64,000 bases of DNA from Eledone cirrhosa. Lineage: Eukaryota. Shown piece after piece: positions 28,104 to 41,467 of this stretch. The position numbers and the translations under genes were made by a program. The notes beneath the pieces were generated by a model, which was not told the DNA's origin, made no database searches, and worked only from the letters and a program-made list of their open reading frames with translations. Position 1 is the stretch's first letter. Each line of letters starts with the position of its first letter. The DNA lies in NCBI GenBank assembly GCA_964016885.1, contig OZ024740.1, positions 156,550,001 to 156,614,000 of the forward strand, written 5' to 3'.

Positions 28104-31100
28104 AACTAAAATAAATAAGTCAAATGTTTAAAATTTGGCTTCGTTTATTACTGCTATATATATTTGGGTGACAGCCATCTTTGGCTGTGACCTCTTCAGG
28201 CAGTCCGAATTAGTGTGGTAGAGACGAGTACACATGTTGTTGAGGTGTTTAACTTTGTCAATACTCTGATATGCCCAGTTCCTGGTTGGGTTGTTATTTC
28301 ACTGAGGAACTGGAATCATATGAATTTAAACAAACGAATTTCAGTGTCAAAGGACATCTTATCCTCCCATTGGTCAGTTGTGAGAACATTCCTCAGTCAA
28401 AAGTCTATAGAAATTCGTTCTGAGACGAGGCAATTTGTAGTGGCTGTTCTTGTTATTGTTAAGTACATCTGACCTCTACTCTTATGTTTCTAGTGGTGTT
28501 GGTGTTGGAGTCAGCTTAAAAAAATGATAAAGTGGTAGAAGGAATAAGATGGTAAAGGAACAAAATAAAATAAGATAATCAAATAAAATGTGTGTGTTAC
28601 ACCCAATCTCAATGTTAGAAAGATTTGTAAGGTCACTCCTCCTATTGGTCAGGTCTGAGAGCATTCCTCAGTCAAAAGTCTATAGAAATTTTTTCTGGGG
28701 TGAGGCTACCTGTAGTGTTTGTTTTTGCTATTGTTAAGTACATCTGACTTCTGCCCTTATTTTGGTAGTGGTGTTGATGCTGTGGTCAGCCTATGTCTTG
28801 CTGCTGACATTTAGATGCATCTGTGTGTGTTTATTCATCCATCCTGCCACTATTTCTCGTGGTGGTGGTGGGGGGGGGACTGTGCCATGCATATGAAGAA
28901 ATAGAAGGCAATAAAATGAAGAAAACAGAAAATAAATAATAAATAGAAAATAAATGAAAAATTAATGAAAAATGAAAAAATGAAAAAAGAAAAAGAAAAA
29001 AGAAAAAAGAAAAAAGAAAAAAGAAAAAAGAAAAAAGAAAAAAGAAAAAAGAAAAAAGAAAAAGAAAAAAGAAAAAAGAAAAAAGAAAAAAGAAAAAAGA
29101 AAAAAGAAAAAAGAAAAAAGAAAAAAGAAAAGAAAAAAGAAAAAAGAAAAATTAAAAATTAAAAATTAAAAATTAAAAATTAAAATAAAAAATAAAAATG
29201 AAAATGAAAATGAAGATTCAAATAAAATAAAATGTGTGTGTGTGCTATAAACAATCTCAAAGTCAGAAAGATGTTGGATAAAGTGGTAGGAGGAACAAGA
29301 TGGTAAAATAATAAAAGAAAATAAGATAATCAAATAAAATGTGTGTGTGTTATACCCAATCTCAACGTTAGAAAGGTTTGCAAGGTCACTCCTCCCATTG
29401 GTCAGTTTTGAGAGAATTTCTCAGTCAAAAGCCTATAGAAATTCTTTCTGGGGTGAGGCTACCTTTAGTGTTTGCTTTTGCTATTGTTAAGTACATCTGA
29501 CCTCTACCCTTATTTTGGTAGTGGTGTTGGTGCCGAGGTCAGCCTAGGTCTTACTGCTGCTGAAATTAAGAAGTATCTGCGTGTGTTTTTTCATCCATCC
29601 TGCCACCATTTCTCGTGGTGGTGGTGGTGTGGGGTGTGTGTGTGTGTGGGGGGGGGTTGTGCCATGCATATGAAGAAATAGAAGGCAATAAAGTGAAGAA
29701 AACAGAAAACAAATGAAAAATAAAAAATAAAAAAATGAAAAAATGAAGATTCAAGTAAAATAAAATGTGTGTGTGTTATAAAGATGTTGGCCAAATTAGA
29801 AAGGCTGTGTCAGAATTAATCTCTAGGCTATCATGGTGTCTGCTCAGCTTGGGTGGGTCCCTATGGCTTGAGGGGAGTTCCCAACCTATGGTGTTGTTAC
29901 TGCCCATATAGATTGAGGGAGGTCCGGCCAAGAGGTGTCTACATGTTCTGGAGAAGTCCCTATAGCTTGAGGGGAGTTCACATCTCAGTGTGTTGTTACT
30001 GTTCATATAGCCTGAGGAAGGTCCCGGCCTTGAGGTGTCTGCATGTCCCGAAGAAGTCGGTTTTGAGGTTTATCAGGCGGCTTCCATCTCTTAGTATCTC
30101 GAGGGTCTCGTTCAAACATAGTTTGCATATGCCAGATCCCCATTTATCGGGTGGTACTTTCCTGATTATGGACCAGGCCAGAGAGTACGGGGTCCTGTCC
30201 AGCTTAAGCTTCCAGATCAGGTCGGAAAGAGCCGTACTTTTCCTTTTGGCCTCCTTATTTAAGGAATGGCGATGGTTATACCAACGGTCTTTAAAGCTCG
30301 TTGATGTGGCTCCTATGTAGATGTGTTCGGAGTTGGGGGTTTTAACCCTACAACCGTATATTAGGTTCTTCTTAAGGCATTCATTACTAAGGGGGCATGA
30401 TTCGGGAGTTCTGCGTGCCTAGTGTGGGGTTCTCGTTATGTGTTACATGGTGGTCTTCCCCCGGGCACGGTGGGGAGTCCCCAGGTCTGTTTGACTTTCT
30501 TGGGTGGGCACTGGGTCTCCCCTTCTCTCCTTCCACATGGTTCTGCTGGGTGCTTATATTGCCATCTTCTGGGTGTGTGTGGATTTTAAGCCTACTCCTG
30601 TTGATGCTAGCTATATGTTGGGCCAGATTTCTCGTGGGGGAATACGAGATCTTCACAGTGTGTCTGTTGAAGATCTTGTGGTATCTATGGTCCCTCGGGA
30701 AGCATTTATAAAGTGCTCCAAAGAATGATCGGACCAAGCTGTTCTTTAGGGCCGCTGAGTATGGTGGGTTGTACCACGTGATTTTTCTGCGTCTACTCCT
30801 ATATGGATGGGTTGGGGGCGTCGTTAGTTGCTGGATAGTTTTTGGGTTGCTGGTGGTTCCCGCATTGTTGCTTCCTCTTTGGGCGCTATGCGTTTTACTA
30901 TCTTCACGGCCCGAATCTGTGGGGTGGTTGTTGCCCGCGCTGGGAGAACCACTGTGGGGTGGTCCCCCGTTACCCCTCCCCCCGCGTGTCCTGTCGTTGG
31001 GGGTCGTCAGACCCGGGGTGGTTAGCATCACACCTGAGACTGCTACTCATATTGGGTTTCTTCTCATGGTTAAGCGTACTCGTCACCATCGCCCGTGTGG

Positions 31101-31190
31101 TGGTGTCGAGCTCATGGGGCTTATTTGTTTCTGTTCTGCCTGCATTGTTAGGCAGAACAGAAACAAATAAGCACCATGAGCACGACACCA
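28098..31190 (-). mobile_element. 5'-truncated Penelope-like element (RT thumb + GIY-YIG + long, internally duplicated 3' region); mutated hammerhead at 28150-28204
   Basis: RRKITWYNPPYS...HKIFNRHTVKISYS; CPLSNECLKKNLIYGC...YIGATSTSFKDRWYNH; actgc-CTGAAGA-stem II-CAAA-tatata-TA-gcagt. Confidence 0.85.
28965..29200. repeat. (A5-6G)n simple repeat
   Basis: Seen directly. Confidence 0.95.
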
Positions 31191-31198
31191 ATGGTAAC

Positions 31199-31499
31199 GA
31201 TGCAATGCTTTTAATTATAGATTTTCCTGATTGGCCATGACTCGCTGGAGTTAAACAACAGATAGTTTAAATACTATCCACAGCTTGCCTAAACTCTTAA
31301 CTCAGAAATTTAATTATATCTCACAATGCAACGGGGGAAAACTAATCTAAAAACGTTTTCCCCCGTTGCATTGTGAGATATAATTAAATTTCTGAGTTAA
31401 GACGTTAGGAAAGCTGTGGATAGTATTTAAACTTTCTGTTGGTTAACTCCAGGGAGTCATAGCCAAACAGGAAAATCTATAGTTAAAAGCATTGCATCT
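31199..31499. repeat. About 300-bp imperfect palindrome (MITE-like or hairpin)
   Basis: Arms of about 144 bp with a 12-bp spacer. Confidence 0.8.
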
Positions 31500-31992
31500 T
31501 TACTTTATTTTCAGAAAATGTGTCCTTCCTTATTGATACAGTGAGGTGTGGCTTGAGAGAAATCGGATTGCTATTTCTAGCAGATTAAATAATTGAGTTT
31601 ACTTTGTCGAGAGATGAGTTTCGGAAATACGGATGTACGGATGCCACATTCAATAGCACTTCTTTAACGGCATTTCTGAATATTGGGGGTAATTTGGACA
31701 ATTTAGTTGTAATGATTAGTTTAACTCTTTGCACTCTAAAATGGTAAGAAAACTTCGATAAGCGATAAACATGAATGTACATAAATTGTAGCGAGCGCAT
31801 ATCCAAATAGATGTGTGTTTTAGCAGTTTGGGGAGAAAATATAATTATTGGAGCCCCCTCCCACTCCCAGTTTCACCTCCACTGTGTATATATAATTTTA
31901 AAAAAATGTGCTGTGCCCTTTTCCTAAGGGGTTAATATATCGAGCTTCTTCGCATTTGGTAAGAAACTGGTATTATTCACAATTTATTCATC

Positions 31993-32090
<98 letters not shown>

Positions 32091-32329
32091 AGTATATGTT
32101 GGTTGTATACCAACATATACTCAACATTGAGATTGGATATAACACACACATTTTACCCCGACTGCAGAGGTCAAGCCGTTTCAACGTTTCAAATAGCCCA
32201 GAAATAGCTCTGCCGTCGGGGTCAAACATTTTCCTATTACCCACTCTACTACCCTAAATTTTGAGTACTCTGATGCGTTATGGTCCATCTGGTTCCTTAC
32301 CACACCTCCTTCGTTATATATATATCTAG

Positions 32330-33975
32330 ATAAATATACCAAAATATACGGTAGTGTCCAATCCGTATGAAGATCTCAATGTAATCCGAATATCATGAAA
32401 AGAGAGGATGCATTAAAAAATGTTCGATAAAAATCATAGGAAAACAGAGTCAAGATAAATTAATAAAAACAATGAAATAAAAGCAAAGAACAAGTTCCTT
32501 ATATTAAAACATTCATCATTTTACGATCGTTTCTAGGATATATATGTGTGTTGGTATGTATATCATATATATCTATGTAAAAATATTACAAATTATCAGA
32601 GGAAATGTACATACCTTCACATATACAAGCCATCCTCAGAAATGATGAGAGGTATTTATTGAAAAAAAACAACAAAGATTTAATATAAAAGGTCTGTTTG
32701 GGAACAGGTTTTGAATTGACCAATAGAAAAGTAGTTAGAGGTCAAGTTGATAGAATAGCAGTAGTAGAAATTTAATTTAGGGGTAGAGGAGTGCAGACTT
32801 ATGTTTTGAATGAAAAGAGGTCAAGTCAAGAAGATAGTGAAGGGTACACGAAAATTTGATGTTATTAAAGAATAATGTTAAAAACGAAGGAAAGTAAAAT
32901 TTTAGGGTAAGGGCATTAGTGAGAAATATCAATTTTATTTAAACCACAAGGAATCTAGATCTATAACAAGAAATAAATTAATTGATAGGTATACTTATAG
33001 GGGTAAAGTTATATTAATTCATATGAATGTGATAAATAAGAATTAGATGTTATTAAAGATTGTTGTTAAAAACGAAGGAAAGTAAAATTTTGGGATAAGG
33101 GTAGTGGTGAGGAATACCAATCTTATTTAAACTACAAGGAGTCTAGATACATAATAGGAAATTAAATTAATTTATAGCTATACTTATAGGTATTAATTTT
33201 AGGAAAAGAGGGCTGTAAGAGGGAAATAAAATTATGAAGTTCTCTGTAGTAAAATGTTAATTATAGGTTAACTAATAAAAAAAACAAAACAATTATAATA
33301 ATTTGTAAAATATAAGAGTAAGGTGTATATTAATTAGGTTTATAATATTTGAAGGTTCTTCTAATTCTATGATTGCAAGATATAATTAATTCATGTCGCT
33401 TATTTAATAGGATATCCTTAGATTTCATGATTTCAAAAAGTTCCTGGGAGCATAACCTACACGCGTATCTGCTATTTTGATAAGGGGTGGCCCTTTTGAG
33501 CACGCTCCAGGTCAGGTTGTAATCGATATTCTTCTTTCTATAATTATTAATTGTTTCAGCCAATGTATTAGCCAATGCGGCATTTTTAAAACTATGTTTG
33601 TGGGTATTAAATCTTACTTTAAATTGGTTAGACGTAGCTCCTATATATGAATAAGTGGAGTCCTTAGTGCTAATTTTACATTTATAGACTATGTTATTAA
33701 TAAGACAATTTCTCTTCAATGGGCAATTTCTTTTGATTCTACAGTTACAACCATTCGTGAATATTATATCAGGGTAGTTAGTCAAATTTGGTGTGGAGTT
33801 TATTCGACTTGTTATAGGTGAAGGAGATGGTGGTTTGTTGCGGTTTATTTTAGTATTATGGTTGGTTTGATGTGTTGGTGGTATATTTGTGGGTTTTTTA
33901 CACTTATATTCTGTTGAATATAAGTGTAAAAAACCCACAAATATACCACCAACACATCAAACCAACCATAATACT
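32330..33975 (-). mobile_element. Penelope-like element 3' end (GIY-YIG with CxCx5C linker), hammerhead at 32513-32648, 5' inverted segment at about 33852-33975
   Basis: ORF 33330-33938: CNCRIKRNCPLKRNCL..IVYKC..YIGATSNQFKVRFNTH..CRLC; tcatcattt-CTGAGGA...GAAAC-gatc-GTA-aaatgatga (9-bp stem I). Confidence 0.88.
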
Positions 33976-34782
33976 CACGAATGCATTTACATATCCGCCA
34001 TATTAAAGCGAAAACAAATTTTGTCTTTTTTAAATATATTTTAATGTTTTTTGTTATATTTTAAATGTTTTATATATTTTTATTCCCTGCTTATTATTTC
34101 ATGGTTTATATTATCTTACGTTAGTTTATATACCCACAACCCTATTCCTGCCATTATTTCATTTATTTCTATTGAATTATATTCGAATAGACTATGTATC
34201 CGGTAAACCCTAAAGGGGCGCAACACACATTGCTATAGTGTTTCACCAGCCCCTTCTTTCTGTTGTCTGTATCTGTTTATGTATTTACGTGTAGATATGT
34301 CTGTATGTAACTAAAACGTAACGTACGGATGACTAAATGATTTTATCTTGTTTTTTTTAACAATTAATGGAAAAGATTTCAAATTGTCTTAGCAATCATC
34401 CTAACAATTCATGGTGTCTGACACTCTTATCGGCTACATAGCCTCTTCCAATTATATTTTCTTTTGGTTCTGACCTTCACATACATCGTTATATCTAGTC
34501 AGCAACAGCTCAGTATGAGGGCAACATTATATACTGAATTCTCACTGCGTTATAATGTAACATTTGGTCGTGGTCAATATTCTATATACAGGCAGGTCTG
34601 ATGCCTTACACACATTGAGATGAATATATTCAGATTCTAATCTCCATGACGTCGGATGAGCAAATCTATCGTAGAGTCGGGCTGATTGTGACCGATTAAG
34701 GTTTACAGCTGGCCGTTTACGAAATACGTGTCACGCGCAATTACGAATAAAATATATTGAACCGAAATTTCGATCTCTTTCT

Positions 34783-34852
<70 letters not shown>

Positions 34853-35099
34853 ACACACACACACACGTACACACACACGCACACACTCACATACACATAC
34901 ACATACACATACGCACGCATACACATGCACACAAATGCATATGTATATAAGTATGTGTATGTATGTGGGTATGTGTCTCAGTGTGTGTGTATGTGGGGTT
35001 TTGCTTGGTTATATATTTTTATTGAGTTCCTCTTGGACTAAGTTTCCTTTTGTTTCATGTATGTATTTTAATCCATGATTATTCTGTTAATGCTTTCTT

Positions 35100-35600
35100 C
35101 TTCTCCATCTTCTTCGCCCACTTATGCCTGAGAGGGGGGTCTTGGGGGCAGAGTCCTCAAACACTCCTTTCAGCGGATCCTGTTAGAAGCAACCATCACC
35201 AACTGAAACGGCCGTATCCCCAAGTGAGAACAGCCAAGCTCATGGGTGTTATCCAATCATCTTGCTCGGGGTCTACCCCTGGGTCTCCTGCTGGTTGGTT
35301 TTGCCTGTAAAATCTGTCCAGCGATTCTTTCCTGAGACATTCTAACTACATGCCTATAATATCGGAGCTGTGATATCACAATTCGGAGAAGTAGCGGCTC
35401 TACCTGGACTGACTCAGTGATCTCCGAGCTACGCACTTTATCGAGTAACGTTATTTTCAAGATCTTTCGGAGGGATCCCATTTCAGCCGCTTGTATTCGT
35501 AACTGTATTTTTTCGGTCATTACCCATGATACATGACCATAGGTAAGGGTTGGCACGAATACCGAATTGAAGATAGAGAGTTTGACTTTTACACCTACCG
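35100..35600 (-). mobile_element. RTE-clade LINE 3' fragment
   Basis: PTLTYGHVSW..IQAAEM..QLRYYRHVVRM..RPRGRPR. Confidence 0.8.
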
Positions 35601-37048
35601 AAAGCTGAAGCTGAATATCCTAATTAAGTTTGACAATGTAGTTTGTTCCATTGTTCTTTTTTTATTCATTAAAGTATTCTATTCTTTCTTTTTGAATGCT
35701 TTGTCATGATAATTAGGCGGTTATTGATATGAACAAAAAAATGTTTATCAAATTGATTTGGTCGTTTGGTGTGTGGCACAGAAAGAGATGGCTGAGATTG
35801 TGTTTATTTCATATGAATATTAAATTAGTTACGAAAAACATATTTCCTTTCCCCTTGTGAATTGCCTGAGTAATCAGAAAAGAGGACAAAAATTCAGAAT
35901 ATATAATTCAGAGAAATTTGTGGGTAGATTAAGAAGTAATGAATACTGAAGTATGTGGGCATATTTTAGGAAGTTTTTGAAAATCTTGTTATGAAAAAAA
36001 ACTTGTTAATATTGAAAAAATAACAATAACATAATATTAAAAGTGGTCATCACATGTATACACGGAATGCTGACCGTGTTATGAGCGATACTAATATGTT
36101 AGTATCATTAACTCTTAGAGGAACGGTTATATTTCGTATTTTTGATTTCTAATAGAGATATTTTAATTAAGATATATTAGTTGTGCGTTTCTAAACCAAC
36201 TAAAGATACTAGTATAATTAGTATGATTGTATTAAAAATATTCAATATAGAGATAGCATAGAATTTACAGGAAAAGAAACATAGATTTGGAAAAATCTGA
36301 TTTCAGCGAATTAAACAGATCTCCGACGATAAAATGTCAGAATTCTTAGTGTCGAGGGATATGTCATGGGTATGGAGTAATTATTCCGCTTCCTTATATT
36401 CTAAGTCCAAATACTGTCTCAGTCAACTTGCGGTATTTGTTCTGGCTATTTGCTTTCCGCGGTCAATCTTACCACGATCTATTTAATTGGTAAATGGGTG
36501 TGGATTTCAATCTATTGCAAAGATTCCTCCTTCCCCCCCATCAATCTCAGAGGCACTGAAAATGTTTTTAGGGATTGCCCTTCGTACTGACAAAGCTATA
36601 AATATATACCGTCGATATCAACTTTACCTTTCATTCTTCGGGCATGGATGAATAACAAATGGATGAATCGCGGTATTTTTTGCAGCTCTTTGCTTTATCC
36701 ATTCAAATCTCGTCGTGGTCTACTTGGTTGGCAGATTCTTCTGTGTGTAAAGTTCACTCTGTTGAAAGTAATCGGGTCACCTCTTTTGTTTGGGTTAACT
36801 TCCACTCCACCAACAATTTTACAGGCCCTGATAGGTATTATGGACATTGCCCCTTCTCCTGACTGAGTGGTAAAATATCTCGATCCATCTTTTTATAAGA
36901 TTTTCTTTGCCTACTATTGTTCACGTGTATAAGGAAAAATAATATAAAGTATCTCTTAGTACATGAGTGAGAAAATATAAAAAAATATCATTATTATAAA
37001 ATACATTTTATACAAAAACAACACATTCTTATTATTACACCAGAAGAG

Positions 37049-37268
37049 GGCGTGGATTGGCAGTATCAGTAGAGCGTCGAACATAATACTTCGTGGCATA
37101 GAGTTACGGCCTTTTACGTTCTGTGTTCAAATCCCGCCGTGGTAAGCTTTGCCTTTCATCCTTACAGTGTGAATAAAATAAAGAACCAGTCACGCAGTGG
37201 GGTCGATTTAATCGACTTTCCCCTCCCCCAAAGATTGCTGGCTTTGTGACTAAATCTGAAATTATTAT
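37049..37268 (+). mobile_element. tRNA-derived SINE
   Basis: A/B boxes and core; attattacaccagaag on both sides (TSD). Confidence 0.85.
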
Positions 37269-37587
37269 TACACCAGAAGGTTCCATAAAATATATGATGA
37301 AGGTTTGTGATATTTAATATCCTATTAGTACTAGAAATCAGTGGAGGTTTTAAATTTTCGTAACATATATGTTTTTAATACTGAACTGATTATAGTTTTC
37401 TAATCTCAATAACACCCACTTTAATATTTTATCTATTAATACTCAGTCACTTACTTCCCTCGCCACCAAATGTTCCTAACCTACAAAACTATAACTATAC
37501 AGCTTTTATACTAACCACAAAAATACAATAACACATATTACACATTTCTCTCTCTCTCTCTCTCTCTCTCACTCTGCCGATGTCCGT

Positions 37588-37643
<56 letters not shown>

Positions 37644-37665
37644 TTTTTCCATTAATATTACAAGG

Positions 37666-37750
37666 GGTCTGATGAGCCGCGGATTACAGAGTCGAGTCAG
37701 ATCGATACAGATCGAACCTTGAGCTGATCAGTGGTGAAACGCGCGTCACC
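37666..37750 (+). ncRNA. Type I hammerhead ribozyme in a 165-bp insertion between (TA)n tracts
   Basis: ggt-CTGATGA-gccgc...gtggt-GAAAC-gcgc-GTC-acc; canonical core, palindromic stem III. Confidence 0.8.
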
Positions 37751-37798
37751 AACCAATAACGTAATGAAGGAGTAAACAATCGTCCTTGTTATCTTATT

Positions 37799-37841
<43 letters not shown>

Positions 37842-38053
37842 TAAAATAACAGATTAAAGTTTAAGCGAAGAATAGCTGCTTTCACCCTTAACGGGATCAT
37901 CTGAAACTACCGTTAAGGATGAAAGCAGCGATTCTTAACTTTAACTTTAATCCGTTATTTTAATAAATATTTGCTCTGCGATTTTTATATATTTATATAT
38001 ATATTATCCTTATCGAGCCCTCTACGGATTTTAGTCTTCACATTTATTATTAT

Positions 38054-38122
<69 letters not shown>

Positions 38123-38129
38123 GGGGGGG

Positions 38130-39450
38130 GGGAGTTTTATTGTAGCACAATAAAGCAATGAAAATATCGGATAAGTAGCACTCAACAATTTATAGGACTG
38201 GAGTATAAATAATATAAAATCAAAAGATGGTTAAAAGAATTCCATGTATTTTATTATCCGCATTTCAAAAACAAATATCATCATGGGATGATATTTGCGT
38301 TCTCATCAGATAAAATAGGGAGACATGATATGAAGCTTAAAAAATACTTGCGAGCAGTGAAGTGTTAAATCAACATATGAAAAATAAAATTAGAGGGATA
38401 TATGAGATTGGAAAAAAGGAAAGAAAGGGGGAAAGAAAAGGTAAGGAAGAGGAAGAAAAAATATAGATAGAAGGAAAAAATATAATAATAAGGAAAGGAT
38501 GACGGAGGAGGAGTATAAGAATGAAGGTGGGGGAGAGAGGAGAAGAAAATGAGTGAGAGAGAGAGAGAGAGATAACCTTTAATACTGAGAAACACTGTCT
38601 CACAGAGAAACATTTAAAAAAACCGTTTTAAGATAATACATAATTTAAAAAAATTAAGAAATTAAAAGTTAATGAGGTTTATGAATGGTGATGCTTATGA
38701 TTAAAGAAAAAGGAATTAAGAATACTATTTATTTAAGGGTTTAATAAGATGTGCGAAAAGGAATTTATTAAAATGTATTATTAAAATAAAATATATTAAG
38801 AAGATAAGGCGAATGAAGATAAGGTTAAATGAATTATAAGGTTAATTCATTTAACCTTATCTTCATTCACCTTATCTTCTTAATATATTTTATTTTAATA
38901 ATACATTTTAATAAATTCCTTTTCGCACATCTTATTAAACCCTTAAATAAATAGTATTCTTAATTCCTTTTTCTTTAATCATAAGCATCACCATTCATAA
39001 ACCTCATTAACTTTTAATTTTTTAATTTTTTTAAATTATGTATTATCTTAAAACGGTTTTTTTTTCTCTGTGAGACAGTGTATCTCAGTATTAAAGGTTA
39101 TCTCTCTCTCTCTCACTCATTTTCTCCTCCTCTCCCCACCTTCATTCTTATACTCCTCCTCCGTCATCCTTTCCTTATTATTATATTTTTTTCTTCTAAT
39201 CTATATTTTTTCTTCCTCTTCATTACCTTTTCTTTCCCCGTTCCTTTTCTTTTTTCTAATCTTATATATCCCTCTAATTTTATTTTTCATATGTTGATTT
39301 AACACTTCACTGTTCTTATAAGCTTCATATCATGTCTCCTTATTTTATCTGATGAGAACGCAAATATCATCCCATGATGATATTTGCTTTTGAAATGCGC
39401 ATAATAAAATACATGGAACTCTTTTAACCATCATTTGATTGTATATTATA
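38130..39450. mobile_element. Head-to-head inverted pair of a PLE-type 3' region; hammerheads at 38247-38317 (-) and 39341-39411 (+)
   Basis: Arms of about 600 bp meeting at 38836-38843; tattttat-CTGATGA-stem II-GAAA-tgcgca-TA-ataaaata; third copy at 57543-57613. Confidence 0.8.
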
Positions 39451-39870
39451 TATATATATATATATATATACGACGAACAGTGTCTGTCGATCAAATTTCA
39501 CTCACAAGGCATTAGTCAACTCGTGGTTATAGAAGACAATTACACAAAGTTCCATGCGGTGAGAACGTCTCTGAATTTATGTGGTTGTGAATTGAATTAT
39601 ATATATATATATAATTCAATTCACAATTATATATATATATATATAATTCAATTCACAACCACATAATATATATGTGTATATATAGAGTAATAATAATAAA
39701 TTTGAAGACTAAAATCCAAAGCAGGCTCGATAAGGATAATATATATATATCAAATATATAAGAACCGTAGAGCAAATATTTGTTAAATTAACAGATTAAA
39801 GTTTCAGAAGATCCCGTTAAAGGTGAAAGCACCGATTCTTTGCTTAAACTTTAATCTGTTAATTTAATAA

Positions 39871-40018
<148 letters not shown>

Positions 40019-40056
40019 CACGGGTATGTATGATTGTGTATAGAAGATTATATTAA

Positions 40057-40925
40057 TAAAAGGAAATCCAACTTTGTCTGATTTACTCGTTTTATTTACA
40101 TTCCCTTAAAATTATAATGATATTATAATGAAATAGTATGGTACTATTATATACATTATGGTACTATTATAATATCATTATAATTTTAAAGGATTGGTGG
40201 TGGATTGGCAGTATCGGTAGAGGGTCGGACGCCATGCTTTGACGCATAGAGTTACGGCCTTTGCCATTCTGAGTTCTAATCCCGTCGAGGTTAACTTTGC
40301 CTTTCATTATTACGGGGTCGATAAAATAAAGTACCAGTAATACACTGGTAAATGCTGGCCTTTTGCCAAACGTAGAAACAATTATAATTTTAAAGGATTG
40401 TAAATAAAACGATTTTAAAGGATTGTAAATAAAACGAGTAAACCAGACAAACCACCACTAACAACAACAAAAACAATAATAATAATAAAAGTGATGTTGA
40501 TGGTGATGATTACTGAAGGCTTTTTATGAAAACCCTAGAAAACGCTATTTTCATCATTTCTAAAATAGCAAAACAATTGATGCGTTGGATAGGGTCAAAT
40601 AGAAGTTGTTAGACATGCTCAACCAACCGTGACGCTTTAGTAATCCAGTGAAACTACACACCGACTAGTCGAAATACAGTTTGCAAAACTTAACATTCTG
40701 TAGCCGCTTTTCACTGTATATAAGGCACAAAATTTACCCATCTCAAAACAGTTGAAAATTGCAAACTTGACTGTCACCACAGAATATGAAACCTGAAGAT
40801 TGCAAAAGCATGAAAGTACTTGTTCAATTAACGTTTAATATTTAATATTCTACCATACTATTTCATTATAATTTTAAAGGATTGTAAATAAAACGAGTAA
40901 ATCAAAGTTGGAATTCCTTTTATTT
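40057..40925 (+). mobile_element. Solo terminal-repeat insertion of the 2480-5135 PLE family (inverted tail + tandem tail + repeat with hammerhead at 40787-40826), interrupted by a SINE
   Basis: 40451-40925 matches 4675-5145; (TA)n on both sides. Confidence 0.8.
40197..40380 (+). mobile_element. tRNA-derived SINE with 20-bp TSD
   Basis: attataattttaaaggattg at 40177-40196 and 40381-40400. Confidence 0.9.
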
Positions 40926-40989
40926 ATATATTTATATATATAGATATACACACACACACACACACGCACATATATATATATATATATAT

Positions 40990-41090
<101 letters not shown>

Positions 41091-41093
41091 CAT

Positions 41094-41147
<54 letters not shown>

Positions 41148-41246
41148 GATATTAAACAAATGGAAACTATATTTATAAAACCATATTTATTTCATTATAC
41201 ATATTTATGGTACGTCAAAATTATTTATAAAACTGTTTATATATTG

Positions 41247-41312
41247 TATTTTATCTGAAGAAGGCATGTCATATTTTTAATATGGTATCCCCGAAATATG
41301 TATAATGAAATA
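41247..41312 (+). ncRNA. Type I hammerhead in a (TA)n-flanked fold-back insertion (41147-41430)
   Basis: tattttat-CTGAAGA-agg..cccc-GAAA-tatgta-TA-atgaaata. Confidence 0.6.
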
Positions 41313-41436
41313 AATATGGTTTTATAAATATAGTTTTCATTTGTTTAATATCGTATATCTACTCCAAAACTTGTCGAGTGCTTTATATCAGTTATAAAAT
41401 ATTTACTTGTTTAAATAAAACTTTTGCATATATTTG

Positions 41437-41463
<27 letters not shown>

Positions 41464-41467
<4 letters not shown>

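Noticed and set aside
36690-36880. Minus-strand KIVGGVEVNPN resembling a trypsin N-terminus
   Set aside because: No downstream protease motifs or clear splice sites; another frame looks more like a decayed LINE 3' end
40197-40290. tRNA genes
   Set aside because: A/B boxes belong to multi-copy SINE heads with TSDs; no complete cloverleaf
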